NCBI GenBank assembly: GCA_963766735.1
Contig: CAVYBU010000019.1
Coordinates: forward strand, 1 to 64,000
Reading direction: 5' to 3'
Length of the DNA stretch: 64,000 bases
Origin: an uncultured Chloroflexia bacterium
GTDB taxonomy: Bacteria; Chloroflexota; Limnocylindria; Limnocylindrales; CSP1-4
In this document: piece after piece, positions 15,889 through 24,391 of the stretch
Layout: every line of letters starts with the position of its first letter
How positions within the stretch are numbered: position 1 is the first letter of the stretch
Program-made: the position numbers and the translations under genes
Notes under the pieces: model-generated
What the model was told of the DNA's origin: nothing
What the model saw: the letters and a program-made list of their open reading frames with translations, nothing else
The model's database searches: none

Positions 15889-16553
15889 CGACCAAAGACC
15901 ACAGCACCGAAGAAGAGAAAGACAAGAAGGCTCGGAAGGGCGGCAAGAAGGGTGCTGGCGGTGGTGCCGTCGCGGCAGCGCAGAAGATCCTCGCGGACGA
16001 AAGCCCGCAGTCGAAGATCGCGGAGCATGGCGAGACCATGATGGAAGGCCCGCGAACGGCGGCCACACAGTCGGCCCGTGTGCTGAGTGAGGTCATCGCG
16101 GCGAAGCCTGAGCTCGTAGTGCCGTTGGTAGCCAAGTTCGCCAGAGGCGTGTCGTCCTCCAACAAACGGGTGGTTCAAACGTCAGCCGAAGCACTACCCG
16201 CCATCGCGCGCATCGCACCCGCCCGCGTGGCCCGCCAACTCGACGTCCTGAAGGGCGCGTTCGCGCAAGCAAACGAAGTGGGCAAGGATGGCCTGGTGAA
16301 GACGTTCGCTGCACTGTGCACCGCCTCGGTGGCGTACCAGAAGCGACTCGAGCCGGTCCTGACTCTCGCCCTCACCGGCGCGGACGGGAAGACGCTCTTT
16401 GCCTGGAGTCAGATCGTGCTCCCCGCACTCAAGGGCGAGCCCCACGCACGAGCCCGCGCCGTCGTCGAAGAACGACTCGATTTGATCCCGCGGTCGTACG
16501 CACAGGAGATCGCCGACTTCCTCGGCATCAAACTGCGCATACGCTACCGCTGA
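15885..16553 (+). CDS. Hypothetical all-helical (HEAT/ARM-like) protein
   Basis: ATGA overlap with the esterase; amphipathic helical repeats. Confidence 0.65.
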   Translation: MTTKDHSTEEEKDKKARKGGKKGAGGGAVAAAQKILADESPQSKIAEHGETMMEGPRTAATQSARVLSEVIAAKPELVVPLVAKFARGVSSSNKRVVQTSAEALPAIARIAPARVARQLDVLKGAFAQANEVGKDGLVKTFAALCTASVAYQKRLEPVLTLALTGADGKTLFAWSQIVLPALKGEPHARARAVVEERLDLIPRSYAQEIADFLGIKLRIRYR

Positions 16554-16582
16554 AAAGGGGTCAGGCCCCTTTTTAGAAGGGC
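16552..16582. terminator. REP-like palindrome copy 2, probable bidirectional terminator
   Basis: AAAAGGGG-TCAGG-CCCCTTTT between convergent genes. Confidence 0.6.
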
Positions 16583-16590
16583 CAATCGGC

Positions 16591-17841
16591 TCATCGGAGG
16601 ATGGAAGGCTCGTAGCCCTCGGGGCGATCGTATCCGAGCAGCTGCAACGTCGTCGCGGAGACGTTGGCGATGCCAGGATGGCGCACCTCGTCGTTGAGGC
16701 TCAGGCCATCGCTGCCGGGGACGTACACGAAGCAAGGGACGGCGTTGAGGGTGTGGCTGGTCTTGTTCCTCAGGTGCCCGGTCGCATCGCGTTTGAAGTC
16801 ACCCGACTTCTTGTCGAGCTCGAACATCTCGTCGCAATTCCCGTGATCGGCAGTCACGATGAGCGCGCCGTTGAGTCTCTCGATCACGGGAATGAGGCGC
16901 GCCAGCGAAAGGTCGACCGCCTCGACGGCGATCACCGATGCATCGAGGTTTCCCGTGTGACCTACCATGTCTCCGTTGGCGTAGTTGATCCGCCCATGCC
17001 GCATGCCACCGCGGTGAAGCGCCGCGAGAGTCGCGTCGGTGATTTCCGCCGCCTTCATCCAAGGACGCTGCTCGAACGGAATCACGTCGCTCGGCACCTC
17101 GACGTACTCCTCGTACATCGGGTCGAACATCCCCGTGCGATTGCCGTTCCAGAAGTACGTCACGTGTCCGAACTTCTGCGTCTCGCTGCACGCAAACTGG
17201 CTCACCTGATTGCGCGCCAGGTACTCCCCCATCGTGCGGTCGATCTTGGGCGGCTGGACGAGGTAGTGACGGGGCAGTTTGAGGTCGCCGTCGTACTCCA
17301 TCATGCCCACGAACTCGACGTCTGGAATGGTTCCGCGGTCGAACGCGCTGAGCTCCGGTTCGGTGAACGCACGGGTGAGCTCGAGCGCGCGGTCACCACG
17401 GAAGTTGAAGAGAACTACAGAAGCTCCGTCGCGGATCGCGCCCACTGGGTTGCCTTCGCCATCGACGACGACGAAGCCGAGGAGGTCTTGGTCGATCATC
17501 CCCACGTTCTCGTCGCGAAGGGTCTTGATCGCCTCGGTGGCGCTTGCAAAGCCCCTGCCCTCGCCTAGCACGTGGTGCTTCCAGCCACGTTCGACCATCG
17601 ACCAGTCTGCGCCGTAGCGATCCATCGTGATGAACATGCGGCCACCGCCGGACGCAATTCGATAGTCTCGCCCGCCCTGCTCATTGAGATCGTGCAACAC
17701 ATTCTCGAGCGCCTCGACGTATTCGAGTGCACTCGTCTCGGGCACGTCGCGACCGTCGAGCAAGATATGGACCCGCACGCGCTGCACGCCTTCGTCGTTG
17801 CAGCGTCGCAGCATGGCGAACAGGTGCTCGATGTGGCTGTG
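16591..17841 (-). CDS. gpmI: 2,3-bisphosphoglycerate-independent phosphoglycerate mutase, N-terminus missing (cut at junction)
   Basis: HSHIEHL, LLDGRDVP, NFRGDRA, SETQKFGHVTYFWNGN, NGDMVGHTG, TADHGN, TSHT. The expected upstream SDG.V and the catalytic GNSE region are absent. Confidence 0.93.
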   Translation of the reverse strand, partial: HSHIEHLFAMLRRCNDEGVQRVRVHILLDGRDVPETSALEYVEALENVLHDLNEQGGRDYRIASGGGRMFITMDRYGADWSMVERGWKHHVLGEGRGFASATEAIKTLRDENVGMIDQDLLGFVVVDGEGNPVGAIRDGASVVLFNFRGDRALELTRAFTEPELSAFDRGTIPDVEFVGMMEYDGDLKLPRHYLVQPPKIDRTMGEYLARNQVSQFACSETQKFGHVTYFWNGNRTGMFDPMYEEYVEVPSDVIPFEQRPWMKAAEITDATLAALHRGGMRHGRINYANGDMVGHTGNLDASVIAVEAVDLSLARLIPVIERLNGALIVTADHGNCDEMFELDKKSGDFKRDATGHLRNKTSHTLNAVPCFVYVPGSDGLSLNDEVRHPGIANVSATTLQLLGYDRPEGYEPSILR

Positions 17842-17850
17842 CCTGCCCGG
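17835..17850. other. Junction between two unrelated genomic segments (probable chimera/mis-assembly)
   Basis: gpmI (-) and a GT-C gene (+) are both truncated here; GC step; diderm markers left, monoderm markers right. Confidence 0.85.
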
Positions 17851-18757
17851 CCAGGCGATCTCGAACGCGCTGTCGGTCACGGGCTTCGACATCTTCGCCT
17901 GGAACGACCCGCCCACCCTGTCCCGCTACCTGGCGGTGGGCCCGGCCCGCCTGCTGGAGATGCGCGTGGAGGGGCTGGGGCACAACATCGGCAACGTCCT
18001 GCTGTTCCTGGGGATCCCGGTCTCCGTGATCGGCCTGCTGGCGCTGCCGTGGCAGGCGCGGGACCGGGCGCTGCGTCCGGTGGTCCTGGTGGGCCTGGCG
18101 ACCTTCCTGGTCACCAGCCTCCTGTTCCCCGTCGCCACCACGTGGGGCACGTTCCTCCACGCGGCCGCCCCGATCCACGTGCTGCTGATCATCTCGGCGC
18201 TGGGGGCGCTGGACGCCGGCCTCGCGCGGCTGGGGCGACGGCTGGGCTGGACGCGACCGGTGGCCTGGCTGGGAGCACTCCTGACCGTGTTCGCGTCCTT
18301 CCTGTTCTCGGCGGCGCTGCTGCCCGCCTTCACGTGCGGCGGCGCAGGCGCCACGGCGCGAACCTACGCCGTGCTCGCCCGGCAGATGGCCGCGATCGGC
18401 GCGCCGCTGGACGGTTCCGCACCCGTGATCCACGACTTCCCGATCTGGCTGGCGGAGACGGCCCGGGTCCCGGTGCTCGCGCTCCCGGACGAGACCCCGG
18501 CGGACGTCCTGGACCTGGCCACGGATCCCCGGTTCGGTGCCCGGTGGCTCATCGTGGCCAAGCCCGACCACGGCGCCTGGCCGGCGATCCTCGACGGGTC
18601 GGAGCCGATGGCCAGGTGCTTCCGGGAGGTCCGGCTGCCCGTCCCGGACGACCCGGCGGACGCGAAGGCCATCGAGGGCGTGCGGGTCTTCCGCATCGGC
18701 TGCGACGGCCTGGCCACCGGATCCGAGGCAGTCGGCGCGGCGCTGCGCTCGCCGTAG
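17843..18757 (+). CDS. C-terminal part of a polytopic membrane protein, probable GT-C (ArnT/PMT-like) glycosyltransferase, 5'-truncated
   Basis: LPGQAISNALSVTGFDIFAWNDPPT..., several TM helices and a soluble C-terminal domain; no start codon or RBS after the junction. Confidence 0.55.
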   Translation: MPGQAISNALSVTGFDIFAWNDPPTLSRYLAVGPARLLEMRVEGLGHNIGNVLLFLGIPVSVIGLLALPWQARDRALRPVVLVGLATFLVTSLLFPVATTWGTFLHAAAPIHVLLIISALGALDAGLARLGRRLGWTRPVAWLGALLTVFASFLFSAALLPAFTCGGAGATARTYAVLARQMAAIGAPLDGSAPVIHDFPIWLAETARVPVLALPDETPADVLDLATDPRFGARWLIVAKPDHGAWPAILDGSEPMARCFREVRLPVPDDPADAKAIEGVRVFRIGCDGLATGSEAVGAALRSP

Positions 18758-18783
18758 CCGCGGCACGGACTACACTCGGCACG

Positions 18784-19882
18784 ATGGATGGCCCCCGGAA
18801 CGACGCGTCGAACACCCGGTTCGACAAGCTGCACGCCGAGGCGGCGGAGGCACTGACCTACGCCGCGAACACGCTGCGCGCCGTGCGGGACCGCTACCGG
18901 CAAGCGTACCTGGAGGACCTCGCCCGCTGGGAGGCCCTGGCGGACGAGCTCGGCGCGCTTGAACACGGAGACGACGGTCGCCAGGATCCGGCCGACCCTT
19001 CCAGCGACGGGAATGCGGCCACTGGCGGCGGAGGCCGGCGCGGCAGACCGGCGGCTGCGCATGGTCCGGGGCGAGGTGGACCGCTCCCGGAAGGACCTTG
19101 CCGGCCACGAGGGCGAGCTGAGCCGGCTGGAGCTGGCGATCCGCAACCTCGAGAGCACGTGGCTGTTCCTGGAGCGCGGGGACGCCTCGCTGATCACGGA
19201 TCCGGCCCTGCCGGCCCTGCCCGCGGAACTCCGGATGCGGATCGTGGAGGCCCAGGAGGCCGAACGGGCGCGCCTGGCCCAGGAGGTCCACGACGGGCCG
19301 GCCCAGGCGCTCTCGAGCGCGATCTTCCAGGTGGATTTCATCGAGCGGATCTTCGAAACGGACAGGCCGATGGCCCGCCAGGAGCTGCGGTTCCTGAGGG
19401 ATCTGCTCCGCCGGGAGCTGGGTGACGTGCGCAGCTTCATCGGCCATCTGCGCCCACCCGTGCTCGAGGAGCTGGGCCTGGACGGGTCCATCATGGACAC
19501 GGTGGCCACGCAGGCCTCACTCTCCGGGCTGCACATCGCGGCCGACCTGACTGCGCCCGCCGGCAGCCTGCCGGAGCCCGCCCAGACGGTCGTGCTGCGC
19601 GTGGTGCAGGAAGCGCTCCAGAATGTGCGCAAGCACGCGGCTGCCGCGAACGTGGTGGTCACGACGGGGCTGGACGATGGACAATGGGTGCTGGAGGTCC
19701 GGGACGATGGTCGCGGCTTCGACACCGGAGCGGTGGCGGCCCGTGGCCGCCGCAACTTCGGCCTCCAGTTCATGCGGGAGCGGGCCGAGCTGATCGGTGC
19801 GCGGTTCGAAGTGCGGTCGCGGACCGATGCCGGCACGGTGGTCCGGCTGGCGATCCCGGTGACGCAAAAGGAGAGCGGATGA
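18784..19882 (+). CDS. DegS-like soluble sensor histidine kinase (HisKA_3 + HATPase_c; frameshift near 19020)
   Basis: N-terminal coiled coil with no TM. H-box QEVHDGPAQAL, N-box QEALQNVRKHA, G1 DDGRGF, G2 FGLQFMRERAEL. Confidence 0.88.
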
Positions 19883-20619
19883 CCGAGTACGAGGGGCCTG
19901 AGCGCCGTCGATCCGGCCAGGAGCGGCGGACCGCTTATGAGCAGGTACAGATCCTGATCGTGGACGACCACGCGCTGTTCCGCGTGGGCATCCGCCAGAT
20001 CCTGGAGCAGGAGCCCGACTTCGAGGTCGTCGCCGAGGCGGACGACGCGCGGACGGCCATCGACGCCGCGTTCGCCACCAACCCGGACATCATCCTGATG
20101 GACCTCTCGCTGCCCGCGCCCGGCGGCATCGAGACCACGCAGCGTGTCAAGCGGGAGCTCCCCGCGGCCGCCATCGTGGTCCTGGCCCACGAGGAGGACG
20201 AGGATGCCCTGTTCGAATCCATCAAGGCCGGGGCGGCCGCGTTCATCCTCAAGGACATCGCCCCGGAAGACCTGGTGATGGTCATCCGCCGCGTGGTGGC
20301 GGGCGAGTACCTGATCAACGACAAGGTCTTCAGCAAGCCGGCCGTCGCCTCCCGCGTGCTCAAGGAGTTCCGCGAGCTGGCGGTCTACGGCCAGGAGGCC
20401 GCCCCCATCTTCGCGCCGCTCTCGCCGCGCGAGGTGGAGATCCTGGACAACATCGCCCAGGGCATGACCAACAAGCAGGTCGCCTACGCGCTCTCGATCA
20501 GCGAGCAGACGGTCAAGAACCACATGAGCTCCATCCTGCGCAAGCTCTCCGTCAACGACCGGACCCAGGCCGTGGTGTACGCGATGCGCCAGGGCTGGAT
20601 CCGGATGCCGGAGGACTGA
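19879..20619 (+). CDS. DegU/NarL-family response regulator (REC + LuxR HTH)
   Basis: ILIVDDHALFRVG, DIILMDL, GAAAFILKD, LSPREVEIL...GMTNKQVAYALSISEQTVKNHMSSILRKL; ATGA-coupled to the kinase. Confidence 0.93.
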   Translation: MTEYEGPERRRSGQERRTAYEQVQILIVDDHALFRVGIRQILEQEPDFEVVAEADDARTAIDAAFATNPDIILMDLSLPAPGGIETTQRVKRELPAAAIVVLAHEEDEDALFESIKAGAAAFILKDIAPEDLVMVIRRVVAGEYLINDKVFSKPAVASRVLKEFRELAVYGQEAAPIFAPLSPREVEILDNIAQGMTNKQVAYALSISEQTVKNHMSSILRKLSVNDRTQAVVYAMRQGWIRMPED

Positions 20620-20654
20620 TCCGCTCGCTGCGTCCCGGGGGGCTCCACCGCCCG

Positions 20655-21828
20655 ATGACCACGCCCGAAACAGCGCCCGACGGCCCGGGGTCCGCCCTCG
20701 TGGCCCAGCTGCACGCGGACCTGGCCACGCTCGACCGCGAGCTGGCCGAGATCGACATGCTCGTCGGGCAGGCCAGGACGGAGGCCGCCCGGCACGAGCA
20801 GAAGCGGGCGCAGGCCGCCGAGCGGCTCGGGCCGGCACGCCGGACGAGCCGGCCGATCCGAGGACGCCTCGGACGCCTGGGCGAGCCTGGTGACGATGAC
20901 CCGGCGCGCCGTGCTGATGGAGGCGCAGGTCGACCTGCTCGACGGCAAGCGGAAGGCCCTGGCGCGACACCGGGCGGCGATCGCGGACGTGCTGGCGGCG
21001 ATCGAGCAGGTGCCGGGGGACCCGCGCCGAGGCGCGGGCGGCGGACGCCGAGGAGGCCCTGTCCCCGTCGCTCTCCCGGGTGGTCCTCACCGCCCAGGAG
21101 GACCTCCGCCGGGAGATCGCTCGGGCGATGCACGACGGACCGGCGCAGTCCCTCACCAACATCGTGCTCCAGGCGCAGATCGTGGAGCGGCTCCTGGAGC
21201 GGGACCCGTCCCGGGCCAGGAGCGAGCTGCAGCTGCTGGTGTCGATGGTCCAGCAGACGCTGGACGCCACCAAGAGCTTCATCTTCGACGTCCGGCCGAT
21301 GGTGCTGGACGACCTGGGCCTGGTGCCCACGCTCCGGCGCGCCGCCCGGGACCGCGGGCAGCGGGCGCACGTCCCCGTGGAGTTCGAGTCCCTGGGCCAG
21401 GACCGGCGCCTGCCCATGGAGGTGGAGAGCGCGGTCTTCCGGATCCTGGACGAGGCGCTGGCCGCCTACCTGTCGCTCACCCCGGAGCGGATCGCTCCTG
21501 CGCCTGGACTGGACCGACGAGCTGGAGGCCCGGCTCACCGCGCATCACGCAGCCGTGGACCCCACCGGTGAGGCGCTGCCGGCCGTGCCGACCGGCGATG
21601 TCCCGGACGCCATCAAGCAGATGATCCAGGACCGCCACGACGCACGCGCGGCCGCGGACGCCGCGGCCGAGGAGGCAGCCATCATGGTCCTGCCGGCTCC
21701 CGTGCGCCGCGACATCGGCGAGCGCGCCGGCATCCATCGGGGCGACGGTGGAGGTGCTGGCGGGCGGCGGCGAGATCCGGCTGGTGGTCCCGCTGCCGCC
21801 GGCGGGAGAGGCGGGCGCCGAGGCATGA
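20655..21828 (+). CDS. Second DegS-like protein with intact H-box but degenerate ATPase domain (several frameshifts)
   Basis: MHDGPAQSLTN and RPMVLDDLGLVPTLRR present; N-box reads DEALAAY and no DxGxG is seen. Confidence 0.75.
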
Positions 21829-21989
21829 CGGAGCGGTCCGGGACCGGCGAGCCGGGACCCGGGATCCTGGAGACGTCTCTCGTGCTGGGGCTGGCGGTGC
21901 TGCTGGCGGCCGCGATCCTCGTGTTCTTCGGCGGGCCGTTCGCGGACCTGATGGGCATCGTGGTGGACGCCGCCCACGGCGGACGCTGA
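21825..21989 (+). CDS. Divergent Flp-like pilin / small membrane protein (54 aa)
   Basis: MTERSGTGEPG|PGILETSLVLGLAVLLAAAILVFFGG: Gly followed by Glu at +5 and a hydrophobic helix; ATGA overlap with the upstream gene. Confidence 0.55.
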   Translation: MTERSGTGEPGPGILETSLVLGLAVLLAAAILVFFGGPFADLMGIVVDAAHGGR

Positions 21990-22113
21990 GCCCGGGCGAA
22001 CCGGTCCCGTGGGATAGGACCATCGTCCCATTGGCGATGACGAGGCGAACCTCTACTTTGCAGGTCGGCCCCCTTGCATTCTGGGCCGCGGCATTATCTC
22101 GGGAGGTTCGTCC

Positions 22114-22284
22114 ATGGCCCTCATCAACGCGCTGCTCGCCTCGTTCCGCACGGACGAGGAGGGCCAGGGTCTCGCGGAGTACGCGCTGATCCTCGCGCTC
22201 ATCGCCATCGTGGCCATCGTCGCCCTGATCTTCCTGGGCGGCCAGGTCTCGACGATCCTGTCGACCGTCGGCAACTCCGTCTAG
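22114..22284 (+). CDS. flp: Flp-family type IV (Tad) pilin, copy 1
   Basis: GGAGG RBS; MALINALLASFRTDEEG|QGLAEYALILALIAIVAIVALIFLGGQVSTILSTVGNSV* (below ORF-track cutoff). Confidence 0.93.
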   Translation: MALINALLASFRTDEEGQGLAEYALILALIAIVAIVALIFLGGQVSTILSTVGNSV

Positions 22285-22303
22285 CGCGTCCGCTCTCCAG
22301 CGG

Positions 22304-22336
22304 ACGAAGGCCGCCGGCTCGTCCGGCGGCCTTCGT
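22304..22336 (+). terminator. Hairpin terminator after flp copy 1
   Basis: ACGAAGGCCGCCGG-ctcgt-CCGGCGGCCTTCGT perfect 14-bp stem. Confidence 0.7.
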
Positions 22337-22422
22337 GCGTCCGGGCAACGGTTCTTCGGCACGGCGCCCGGCTTCCACGCTGCCGGGTGACCGTCGGCCT
22401 GCCCAGGTGCGGTCCAGTGGAG

Positions 22423-22452
22423 TTGACACCCGCCGAGCCGTCGGCATACCGT
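22423..22452 (+). promoter_or_regulatory. Sigma70-type promoter of flp copy 2
   Basis: TTGACA-N18-TACCGT, followed by AAAGGAGGT RBS. Confidence 0.5.
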
Positions 22453-22505
22453 CCGCATCGCCGCGCTCATTCGGCGGACTCTGACGGAAAGGAGGTACCA
22501 CCCAC

Positions 22506-22678
22506 ATGACGCTTATCAACGCACTCATCTCGCGCTTCTCGAGCGACGAGGAGGGCCAGGGTCTCGCGGAGTACGCGCTGATCCTCGCGCTCATCGCCAT
22601 CGTCGCGATCGTCGCCCTGATCTTCCTGGGCGGCCAGGTCTCGCACGATCCTGTCGACCGTCGGCAACTCCGATCTAG
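22506..22678 (+). CDS. flp: Flp-family pilin, copy 2 (two 1-nt insertions near the 3' end)
   Basis: MTLINALISRFSSDEEG|QGLAEYALILALIAIVAIVALIFLGGQVS..; nucleotide core nearly identical to copy 1. Confidence 0.9.
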
Positions 22679-22906
22679 CTCCGACTCGCCAATCGTCGCC
22701 GGCCGCCGGCTGCCGCTACCTGGCAGCCGGCGTCGCTGTTCTCCGGCGGTTCCCCGGCGCACCGGGCGGACCATCGGAGGGGTTGCGCATCGGCGAGCGG
22801 GCGTTACCGTATGCAGATGTCCGGGGGCGGTACGCGAGATCTCGCGCATCGCTGCATCAGGCAACCCGGACCGGGCATCTTGCCCGAGAAGGAGGTGATC
22901 GCAGCC

Positions 22907-23087
22907 GTGCTGACCAAGTTCACGGCCCTGGCGGGTTCGATCGTCCGTCGCGACGACGAGGACGGTCAGGGACTCGCGGAGTACGCACTCATCCTGGCGC
23001 TCATCGCCATCGTCGCCATCGTCGCCCTGATCTTCCTGGGCAGCCAGATCAGCGACAAGCTCAGCGTCAGTCGGCGACGCGCTCTAG
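22907..23087 (+). CDS. flp: Flp-family pilin, copy 3 (1-nt frameshift near the 3' end)
   Basis: AGAAGGAGGT RBS; MLTKFTALAGSIVRRDDEDG|QGLAEYALILALIAIVAIVALIFLGSQISDKLSV/VGDAL*. Confidence 0.9.
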
Positions 23088-23109
23088 CGGCGTCCGGCAC
23101 TCATTCGGC

Positions 23110-23138
23110 AAGCCCGCCGGGTCATCCCGGCGGGCTTT
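23110..23138 (+). terminator. Hairpin terminator after flp copy 3
   Basis: AAGCCCGCCGGG-tcat-CCCGGCGGGCTTT. Confidence 0.7.
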
Positions 23139-23336
23139 CCATTTCCGCGGGGCATGCCGGGCGAGCTGACGGCATGCGGCATCCCGGCACGATGGCGTCC
23201 CTTGCAGGGCACCTTACGATGAACAGCGCATCCGCCCATTTCCTCCCAAGGGTCCTAGCCCTATTGGTTGGTCGTCGGGCGATTTCGCGGTGCTAGAGTG
23301 TTGCCACCTGTCACACGACCTCGGGGAGATACATCT

Positions 23337-24261
23337 TTGAAACGCTCGAATCGGTTGGTCCTGCTAATCGGGATCTTCCTCGCAATCGTTGCCTTCGTCC
23401 TCGTCTTCATGACGCTGCAAGGCGGTGGATCCACCACCGGCAACCAGAGCGATCCCGGCCTCAGGGAGGTCAACGTCGTCATCGCGGCGAAGGACATCCC
23501 GCTCGGCGCGAAGTTCACGTCGGACTCGGTGACGACCAAGGTCTTCAAGGTCGCCGACAAGCCCACGGACAGCTACGGCGACCCGGCGCAGGTCGTCGGC
23601 CAGACGGCGCGCCAGCCCGTCACGAACGGCCAGCTCATCACGAGCACGATCCTCTACGGCTCCAGCCAGGGCATCACCAGCCTCGACGGTGCCGGCGGGC
23701 AAGGTCGGCATCGCGGTCCAGGTGGACCAGGTGTCCGGCGTGGGCACGCTGACCAAGGCCGGCGACAACGTGGACATGCTGGTGGCCCTCACCGGGGACA
23801 AGTTCCCGGTGGTGACCGTCAACCCGGACGACCAGTCCATCACCGTCGTCTCCGGCATCAACTCCACCAGCGTCAAGCTCCTGCTCCAGGGCGCCCAGGT
23901 GATCGGGACGCTGCTGCCGCCGCCGCCGGCGGACACCGGCAACAACACCGAGGCGGAGCCCGGCACGGATGCCGGCGCACCGACGAACCTCAACGGCCAG
24001 CAGCAGATCGTGATCCTCGCGGTCGACGCCCAGCAGGCCGAGATCGTCAAGTACGCCCAGCTCGACGGCAGCATCTCGCTGGTGCTGCGCAGCGCGGACG
24101 ACTTCCGCGACCCGGTGACCGGTGAGCCGCTGGACCCGGAGCTGATCGTGCCGGTCCAGACGACGGGCGTCACGCTCCGGTCCCTCGTGGACAACAACGG
24201 CGTGCTGGTGCCGGAGCTGGTCGAGGCGATCCTCCCGGCGCAGGCGACGCCGGCGCCGTAA
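23337..24261 (+). CDS. cpaB: Flp pilus assembly protein CpaB/RcpC (frameshift near 23688)
   Basis: N-terminal TM, SAF domain VVIAAKDIPLG...VVGQTARQPVTNGQLIT, then PAGKVGIAVQVDQVSGVG...GDNVDML. Confidence 0.88.
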
Positions 24262-24391
24262 CGCCGTGAGGGCCGATGGCCCGCACGCCGCGCGAGCCCG
24301 GGACGGGCCGGTTGACCCCGGCTCATCCCGGTCGCACCAATCCCGCACACCGCTGACACCAACCCAGGCCCCGAGGTCGATCCACCACCAT

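Noticed and set aside
17572-19425. Long ORFs crossing the junction (617 aa +, 357 aa +, and the MGGSFQ...WPGR N-terminus of the gpmI ORF)
   Set aside because: Artificial fusions of antisense or off-frame sequence across the chimeric join, not real proteins
22114-23087. Repeated ~130-nt units separated by unique sequence, superficially CRISPR-like or DGR-like
   Set aside because: The repeats are flp coding sequences. Unit and spacer sizes do not fit CRISPR, no cas or reverse transcriptase gene is present, and the differences are not adenine-specific
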